From: Nageia nagi | Lineage: Eukaryota; Plantae; Pinophyta | Reading direction: 5' to 3' | Length of the DNA: 64,000 bases | Assembly (NCBI GenBank): GCA_050084985.1 | Contig: JBITNC010000001.1 | Span: forward strand, 53,506,001 to 53,570,000 | Shown: positions 55,601-64,000 of the stretch, piece after piece | Numbering within the stretch: the first letter of the stretch is position 1 | Layout: each line of letters opens with the position of its first letter | Notes under the pieces: generated by a model | The model's input: only the letters and a program-made list of their open reading frames with translations | The model's database searches: none | Told to the model about the DNA's origin: nothing | Position numbers and translations under genes: made by a program

Positions 55601-55670
55601 TATGTTTTTTGTGTCAATGTTTGAGCGCTAAACCTTTTTGTCTTAAAAAACAAGGTCCTAAATCAAAGAA

Positions 55671-55808
55671 TTTTGAGATGTCCTCACAGCAAGGACGATA
55701 AAGGCAGCAAGAGTGGCGCAGGAATGACAAGGGGTCCGCGATCAGGAAGGGGCACGATTCCGACCCGTTGCTACACTCGGCATCCACAGTCCTTTTTGAG
55801 ATGTCCTC
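55671..55808. other. 108-bp GC/CpG-rich insertion flanked by a 15-bp direct repeat
   Basis: TTTTGAGATGTCCTC at 55671-55685 and 55794-55808; insert 55686-55793. Confidence 0.85.
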
Positions 55809-56236
55809 GTAGGGAAATTTTAGCATAAAATCTAGGTTATCATAAATTTGTGGGCTTTACCCATTAGGTCCTTATAAGTATTTAATGATAACTTATGCAT
55901 TAAAATTCTTGTGACGGTGATTTAGTCCTATGTTTGAGCCTCCCATTCTAGTGGTAGTTGATTCCTCAAGTGGGGCATCATGGTGTCTTGTGTAGGTTCC
56001 CCCATGTCAAAAAAGAATTGTTTATCAAATAAAGAAAAAACTTATGCACAAAAATTCCAAGATGCACATCAATTAGAAGAGAGGAAAACACCATTAATGG
56101 ATGTACACATCAAACCTTGGAATCATAGATGAAGTTGTAACCACAAAGAGTACAAATATTTACATAATGAAGATCCTTAAGATGGATAGACTGTCACATT
56201 GGCATAAGAGTAAGTATCTTTATTAGCTTTCTATTA

Positions 56237-57196
56237 GATAAGTCTTTTAACATCTTTTTAAACCTAATGGTTTGTAGGACCTATCAACATTTGTTCAAAC
56301 ATAAATATACATTAATTATGTATGTGAATGCTTGTTTCTAACATAATTAAGTTGTATAATAGAATTACCAAGCTTGTTTTGATTATCTTGATTTAAAAAT
56401 TCATGGATCAAGCTATAATTACAAATATATGTATAGGTTTGTTTGATGTCTTTGTAAAGTAGACAAGATAAAGAGAAAATGAGTCTCATCTTCTATAGTG
56501 ATTATCCTAAAAAATCATGGGTAAGGTTGTAATTACAAATATTTGTATAGTTTGTCTGATATCTTTGTAAAGTGGACAAAAAAAGAAAGAGAGTCTCATC
56601 TTGTATAGCAGTTTAGATATTGTCCATCTACTAGTTTTATGTATTGTCTTGTTTCACTATGTAATTCGTGTGAATTAGTTCTTAATTTTTGGTTCACAAG
56701 TTTCTTTTAGAGATTAACAATATTACATGGATAGGATGGATGTTCAAGTTTTGAATTAATAATGTTTTTATAGTAAGGTAGTTTTTATTTTTATTTTTTA
56801 TATTATCATCAGTCCACAATTCTAAGTTATTTTATTTACAATAAGTAATTTTAATTTATAGTTGTTTAAAGGGGTTATGTTAATGTGTATACCAAAAATA
56901 CCTTAGGATAAAGAATTTGTAACTTCAATGCCTTAGAAGATGAGATTTATTTTTCATTTTTTCCCTACTCTACAATGACATAAGAGATACCTACAAAGGT
57001 ATTTGTAATTATAGCTTAAATCATGGATTCTTAAATCAAGACAATCAAAACAAGCTTTGACGATTTTATTATACAACTTAATTATATGAGAACCAATCAT
57101 TCAAATACTTAATTGATATATTTTCTTTTCTTGTCTAAAAAAATTTGGATAGGACTTACAAACCTTTGGGTTTAAAAGGATGATAAAAGACTAATC
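56237..57196. mobile_element. Foldback/MITE-like element with ~260-bp imperfect inverted arms
   Basis: 56237-56494 is the reverse complement of ~56934-57196; internal direct repeat ~56400-56495/56515-56606; no clear TSD. Confidence 0.75.
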
Positions 57197-57499
57197 ATAT
57201 CATATCATACCTCAAAAATCAATCCACTTACCAAAATCTTTTAGCCAACCTCTTTCAAGACAATGAGTTAAACAAGTTTGTTTAGCAACTATAAGTAGTA
57301 TATGTTGATCTAATTTTGTTATTTTATAATTATATAATATATATTATCTTAAAGCTTCACTTTCAATAGGAAGTAAATCAACTTCCATGAAAAGGATAGG
57401 TTATGGTGTGCTATTTTTTTATTTTGAAATTATAAATGATAATTTATTTTTGAATTCATTCAATTTTATTCCATGTTTATTGATAAATGTTACCACCCC

Positions 57500-58360
57500 T
57501 AACGTCACAACTATAAAGTATTACTAGAGTTACAAGGGAAGAGAAAAGAGTTTTCTTTTTGTTCCAATTTAAAAGTCTTGCATTTTAACATTTATTTCCA
57601 AATAATAAAGGCTTTTCAACCAACAAAGATACTTCATTCAAGAGTTAGATTCCAATTGATGTTGTAATTAATATCAATACTTAAGTATTTATAAGAGTGA
57701 ATGATCTTTAAAGGTTGATGATTGAAGAGGATCGTAGGGTGATGCATCTTTTTAGATTTAATGATTATAATTTTGGTTTTATCTTTATTAACTATTAAAT
57801 TAGATATATTGCAAAACATTTCAAAGATATCTAATTGTTTTAGAAGATCATCATAGTGTTTAGCCAACATAACAATATTAAGCACCTTGCTTCTTTGAGA
57901 TATTTTTTTAGTTTATCTATATAAATACTAAAAAGAATTAGAGATAATGGGCATCCTTGTTTAACTCCACTTTTACAAATAATTTCCTCATACCATTGTT
58001 GATTAGTTTTGAGTTTAAAACCTATAAATGTCAAATATAAGTTTGTAAGGTATTTTTATGTCAATCATACATTTTAGAAATTTACCCATGAGAATAGTAG
58101 TAAAGGCTTTTTTGAAATCTACAAAGAAAACAAATAAATCTTCTTTATTATTTTGATAATTTTCAACAATAATTCCAAAAGTGAGGATGTGATCCATTGT
58201 TGAATATTTGCTTCTAAAACTAGCTTGATCTTCAACTCTTGAATTATTATCATCAAACCAATTACTAATTTTCTTTTTCATAAGATTACAATAGAGTATG
58301 ACAAGTAAAGGACATATCATACTAGTTCTATAATTTGATGGGTTGTTTTTATCTCTAGTT
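57500..58360 (-). mobile_element. Non-L1 (RTE/RTEX-like) LINE reverse transcriptase fragment
   Basis: PSNYRTSMI..QASFRSKYSTMDHI..FVDFKKAF; GVKQGCPLSLILFSIYID; LIVNKDKTKII..YKYLSID, in three frameshifted ORFs. Confidence 0.85.
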
Positions 58361-58460
58361 TTGGACATAGTAGTGAAGGTACAAATATTAATGAAGCATA
58401 TACATGCTACTCTATAATAGCCCCTATGGATTAGCAATAATATAATTATTTTTTTAAATG

Positions 58461-58620
58461 GATGATGTCTTTTAATGTCCTTTAAACTCAATGATTTATA
58501 ATTTATATATTTAAATAATCTAAACTTAATGATCTCTATGAATATATCAATTATATTTTTAAACTCAATTATTTATAATTTTATAAATTGTTGAGTTTAA
58601 AGGATGTTAAAAGATATCAT
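58461..58620. repeat. Short inverted repeat related to the foldback element ends
   Basis: GATGTCTTTTAATGTCCTTTAAACTCAA versus TTGAGTTTAAAGGATGTTAAAAGATATC. Confidence 0.7.
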
Positions 58621-58699
58621 TATTTCTATCATTTATATATTTAAATAATAATTTCTATCAAAATTAAGATTCATAATAAAATTGTCAAACTCATTTTCT

Positions 58700-58890
58700 T
58701 CATATTTTTACAATTAATTTACAAACATAAAAGGTCTTCCATCTAAGAAAGATTATTTTTTTAACACTTGGATTCCAATTTAGTTTATCATAAATATCAT
58801 TACCTTAGAATTTATAAGAGTGAATAACCTTTAGAGGTTGGTTATAAAAAAGGATTATAGAATGAATCCCTTATGCTTGTTTTTTTATTT
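58700..58890 (-). mobile_element. Second short RTE-like LINE fragment
   Basis: 58768-58870 resembles 57646-57745 (shared TTTATAAGAGTGAAT..CTTTA.AGGTTG). Confidence 0.5.
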
Positions 58891-59397
58891 ATTGATATTA
58901 GTTGACTTTTTCTATAGAAACTTTTTCTTTAATTTATTTTTATTTCTTCAAATTTGCATCCTAATCTTTTTAATTTTTTAATCATTTGTGATCATATTTT
59001 ATTCATAACAATTTTCATAAAGATATTATGATTTGTTACAATTACAACTTTTATAATTTATAAATAAAAAAATAAAATATTATAAATATGTTTTCCAAGC
59101 TGATAACATTGATTACAACTTTTATGGTAATTAAAGAATAAATAGACAAATTATAAGGTTTGATTAGAAGAATATATGAAGAAGACCATTATTAAAAAAG
59201 TAAAACATCTGGAAGAACATGTTGGCAGAGAAGGATTAGATTGTCCTGCCCATTAAAAGCGACATGCCTTAAAAGTAAATGCGCCTTCCAAAAAAATATG
59301 GCCACACGCACTCTAATTGCGAAAAACAAAATAATTCAAGAATAAACAATTCAATCCTATGGCGTCACCACTCTCCTTTTTGTAATTGAAGTTTCCA

Positions 59398-62300
59398 ACC
59401 TCATTTTCTTTCGCAGATGCGTATTAGCATTTCCCTCTCCTTGCATACATTATAAGCCACCCAGCGCCACAAATCTCTCCACAACACAACCCAAAGCCAT
59501 AAACTGCAAGTTTTAGCCAATCCAATCTAATCCATCTAGACTACAAATCCTAGTAACCAGAAAGGAAGCAAGATGCCAGGAGATCGAAACATCGGAGTTG
59601 CTGTCGATTTCTCAAAAACCAGCAAATGCGCCCTGAAATGGGCTCTGGACAATCTTGCTGATAAGGGCGACCACGTCATCCTCATTCATGTCCACACCAC
59701 CAAGGCCGAGACTGGGCAGAGCCAGCTCTGGGAGGCTTCTGGATCTCGTAAGAGCTTTCTTCTCACAAAGTCTTAATTTTTTTTAGAGATCCATGGCATA
59801 GATCTACTCTGAGATGTTTCTGGTATGTTTTTTACTTGGCGTTTTGATCGTTCATCAGTTAGCATCACAGTTTTAGTTTTATATGTGATGGGTGTTTATG
59901 TTTCTGTATGTTGGGCATGCAGCTCTTGTTCCATTGACTGAGCTGAGGCAGCCCAATCTGTCAAAGCAATATGACATCAGCCCAGATGCTGAGACACTCG
60001 ACTTGCTGGACACGGCTGCAAGACAAAAAGAGGTTGGTTTCGTGCACCACGGCAAACTGTGTTGGCCCTTTTTTTTTTTTAACTTTTTCTTATCTTATGT
60101 ATGTCTGCAATGGAAAATGATTATTGTGAGGATACGGCAAGATTTTAGGATACCCAATTGAACAGCAGTAATCTGGATTCTCAGGTTCTAGCATAGGAAA
60201 TCGCTACCCTTTTAGCCCTATCCAGTATAAACCCTAAACTGATCCACATCTTTAGCTCCGTCTTGAGTTGCTCTGAAGTGATACATATATAAACCTTTGC
60301 GCGTTGTATTTGGGTTTTCTATTACGGAGATATTAATGCTAAGTGTTTAGCGTCACAATCTAAACACTTATCCGTGTACACTACGAAATCTCCCTGGAAG
60401 AGCAAGGAATGGAAATCAAGCTGCAGATTATTGGCTAGTCCAGAATCCAAATCGCGACATGGTCAAATAATGGCATCGATTGATCTGCGACTCTGTTAGC
60501 AGTACTTATCATTGAACGCTACACAGCTTAAGAGTTTTAAGTAGTAAACAGAGAAACGAGCTTCATGCACAGAAGGCAGTGTATGTGTAGACCCTTTGAT
60601 TAAATTGAGTCTTTGATGTTTTTGCTTATTTTATAAGAAGGTTTCATGTTCATGCCAGTTCATAGGGTCAGATCTCTTCGTTACATTTACTTTCTTGACC
60701 ATAGTTGTAGCATTGTTGCAGATTGATTACCACTGGGCCCCAACTCTGATCCACGAAAGTTTTTGAAAAAAATTAATATTTCTGTATTTGGTATGTGCAG
60801 ACCTGATTTTTTGATCAGTCATGTTGGCTATTTAAGTTTTAGACTGCAAGTTAAATGGTTGGTGTTTTGCTATGATTGAAAGGGGCATCTTATCGCTTGT
60901 ATGTATTATGTATTATTGAATGTGTTTGTTTGCAGCCCAAATCAGTCTACTTGTGGCTTTATGTCTATGATCATTATTGTTCGTGAAAAATTGCAATACT
61001 GCTATCACTATTATATGTGAATATGTGGCTTTAGCCATGTAATGGTTAAACTTCTTCCACTGGACAAAAAGAACATACCTCTCGAGCTTTCTTAACTGAG
61101 TTTTGGCAAGGATATTTAGAGCTCTAGACATGCAGCTTTTGGGAATTTATACGAATTTTGTTAAGTTCAATCTTTTCCACTAGATTAAATTTGGGAATTT
61201 TCTGAAGTTATTTTTATCTTGTGATACAGTTAATAGTAATTGCCAAGATATACTGGGGTGATGCTAGGGAGAAGCTCTGTGAAGCAGTTGAGGACCTTAA
61301 GCTTGACAGTTTGGTAATGGGCAGCAGGGGTCTCGGGGGGCTCAAGAGGTGAGTAGTTTTTGAGGGATTGTGTTTTTGTCCATTTGTTCACTACAGTTCA
61401 TCATGCCATAAACACAAATCTTTGGGCAATGTGGAATCATGTGCAGTGTTTGGTTAGTAGCATGCAGCTTTGGGCATTTTACCCATGATTAAGGCCTGAA
61501 GATTTTAATTTTCTTCCATGTTGGATAAATCTACTTTTGTGCCATAGATTATGTTTGGATTCTAATGATTGATTTCTTTGTTACAGGGTTTTTCTTGGGA
61601 GTGTGAGTGCTTATTGTGTAACCAATGCAACCTGCCCTGTGACTGTTGTCAAGGAGCCCGGATTCAAACCATGATGATACAGTACGGTTTCCTGCGAGAC
61701 CTTTCATGGAAGCAAGCATGGGATCAGATCATTACCGTCGTTATTTTTATTTTGATATAATCATCTGTATGGTCAGTGTGAATGTATTTAGTCACTAATA
61801 ACAAGTGCATCAACTTATCATGAATGTCACGTCAATCTTTGCCTCGTATTTTTGAGATCTATTTTCAGAGATTATGAGAAGCTTATTTGTATTGTTATTT
61901 GGTCTTCTCATTCTATGTTGGGTTGTTTTCTGGCTTTATTCGCATTTTTTTGTGCTTGTTGGATGAATGCAATAGTTTGTTACAGTATTATTGTCCGTGA
62001 AATTTGTCAATGTGCAAGGGTAATGCCCTGTTATGACAGGTTTGAAAACTCTTTTGTACAAAATAAACTAAACCTTCTCGGTCATTTAGTTGGCTGCCCT
62101 ACCTTAATTAGTAAATTACAAATATTGATTTCAAAAATTTACACAAATATTTTGATAATTGAAGCATATGGTGTATTTCAGCAAAGAATAAATTCCAACC
62201 TAGGGGAACATAATTTCAACTGTTCATTCATGTATCATTGTCAGCTAATGGCAAGTAAAAAATCTGGTCATAGTAATAATTAGAAAAATAAATGACTGCC

Positions 62301-62512
62301 AAAATCAGTAGCTTGCTTCGTATCTGTGTGCTGTTTGGTTGTGAGGCAATATTTGCATTCAACAATAGCATTTAGCATAATTTTATTATGCGACATGATG
62401 AAAGTGAATATTTGATTTGTAGATGATGTAAATTCTGTGATGGAACATGCATGAAGGCATAAGAATTTGGGTTCGTGAACTTGGAAATAAATTATTGAAA
62501 ATGGTTACACAT
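59398..62512 (+). repeat. Tandem duplication unit B (homologous to 50826-53945)
   Basis: Colinear similarity ending at TTGAAAATGGT. Confidence 0.92.
59573..61674 (+). CDS. USP: Universal stress protein A-like (USP), copy 2, 163 aa; exons 59573-59747, 59923-60032, 61230-61348, 61587-61674
   Basis: Same exon lengths and GT-AG introns as copy 1; open frame ...[41 protein letters not shown]. Confidence 0.96.
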
Positions 62513-64000
62513 GTGTGAAAGTTATAGCTAATGAGGTTTGAAGGTGTGTGAATTGCTTAGATTTTATTAAGTTTTAAGATAAAATATAATTATATTAGTG
62601 ATCAAGAAGGTCAAAGGAATTAGGAGGTACAACCTAATAAATAGAAAGGAACTAGTGCAAAGTTCTTAGAGAAGAAAGTCAACCAAGCCATAAATTAATG
62701 AAGAAACAAAGGGGTAGGAAGGTGTGACAATTATCAAACTCAAATCTTAGAATTACAATATTGAATTACTTTTAACATTCAAAGTCAAGGATTGTTAGTA
62801 TTCTTGAGGAAAGTAGTAATAAGGAATTTGCTTGCATTGTCTTGATAGCAAAATAGGGAGTAGCCTTGATGTTCATTGGAAACATGTGCATGGAGCTTGG
62901 TGTGAGGAGGCCATTACTAGATTCAAGCACTTGCTCTTGGTAAGGTCATCAATGGATTGACCTATGGTTGTCATAGTGAAGCTATGTTGTCTAGTGAGAG
63001 CTAGAAGAGTCTCAAGGGTTTTTGACCCTTCCAATAGGAGCAATGGGTTGAAAGAAGGAAGTGATCAACCTAGGAGTGGTCTATAAATAAAATCATAAAT
63101 AAACAAATTATGGGAATAAAATGCTTGATTAAAAATGAACTTACGTATTAGTATATATATTTTAAATATTAATCTAAAAAATGTCGAGAAGTATCAATTT
63201 TAACTTTCAATTATATGTTTAAGATATCTCAATTAGTAATATTTATAAATTAAATTATAAATATAACTATTGAAGTATGATTATAATTATAAATTAATTT
63301 CAATTAGAATTCAATGAATATTCTTAATACATTACATAAATATTATTAAATAAAAATATTAAAAAAATTGCAATAAATAAAATAATATACAATATTACTC
63401 AAAAATTATAATAAATAACAAATAATAATAATTATATATAAAAAATACTTATAAATTGATATGATTTATTTATACAAATATTATACTTGTAGATCAATTT
63501 CAATCATTATGAATTCATTGATGGCAAGAATTGGAGAGAGGGTAGAAGGCCTCGAATTTCAAAAAAATCTTGTCTATCAATTAATTTCTTTTTGATGTTT
63601 TCTTTTTTCTTTTTAAATACCTATCAATTTATGTTCCGTGTAACTTAATAACCTTTTAAAAAATTATTATTATTCAATCCTTTTTCATTCGTCCATAAGT
63701 CTAACGATTGTATCCTATGGTTGCATACAAATAGTTTAGGAAGGATCTATTGAAGAAGGTGAACGTAATGCAACAATACAAGATCTACTAGAACATATCC
63801 AAATTTTGAAGTTTTATTATTAAAAAATTTAGATATTGTACATCAAATATATGTTTCAAAATTTTTGAAAGGCATGATGTTTGAGGTTTTAAATTTTAAA
63901 AATTAATTTTTTAACGGTAAAAAATATTTAAAAAACAAAAAAAAACGTGTATATAAACGTTAAATTCCAAGACTGAAAGATATTATTAAAATTGTTAAAT

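Noticed and set aside
54868-55701. Hydrophobic Phe/Leu-rich ORFs as membrane proteins
   Set aside because: Products of T-rich sequence antisense to a K/E-rich TE remnant.
54431-55862. MULE with GGGTAAA..TTTACCC ends
   Set aside because: Only 7 bp are complementary and there is no 9-bp TSD.
55900-56020. Decayed tRNA-derived SINE (GTTTGAGCC, short A-rich tail)
   Set aside because: Plausible, but there is no A box or TSD; too weak to call.
61852-62283. 143-aa ORF downstream of USP copy 2
   Set aside because: Non-ATG start, and the frame is not preserved in the paralogous 3' flank of copy 1.
62513-63100. Possible LINE endonuclease remnant on minus
   Set aside because: Only faint motif resemblance; needs a profile search.

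Overview
AT-rich plant nuclear DNA; the retroelement types and PLS-type PPR fragments look gymnosperm-like (inference). About 50 kb (1-50770) is a stack of nested, heavily decayed transposons. Four insertions have exact 5-bp TSDs: a Tat-like Ty3/gypsy element (2963-13489, AGTAT) with PR-aRH order and an in-frame RT/RH/INT deletion; a non-coding large-LTR element (20741-25455, CAATA); a Tnt1-like Ty1/copia element (26919-46082, TCTAT); and a solo LTR (45275-45856, GTAAG) inside the copia 3' LTR. The copia element also hosts a CACTA element carrying captured PPR fragments and a second non-coding LTR element, which itself holds a G-patch/aRH Tat gypsy element. An L1 LINE follows. The only intact genes are two tandem 4-exon universal stress protein (USP) paralogs (51005-53112 and 59573-61674, 163 aa each, 12 aa differences). 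Between them lie an LTR remnant, a CpG-rich 108-bp insert, a foldback element and RTE-like LINE fragments. I found no convincing wholly new biological system. The best leads are the PPR-carrying CACTA, the 20-bp-period motif/spacer array in the gypsy LTRs, the PR-aRH-INT(C-term) fusion element and the CpG-rich insert. All calls are by eye; no searches were run.
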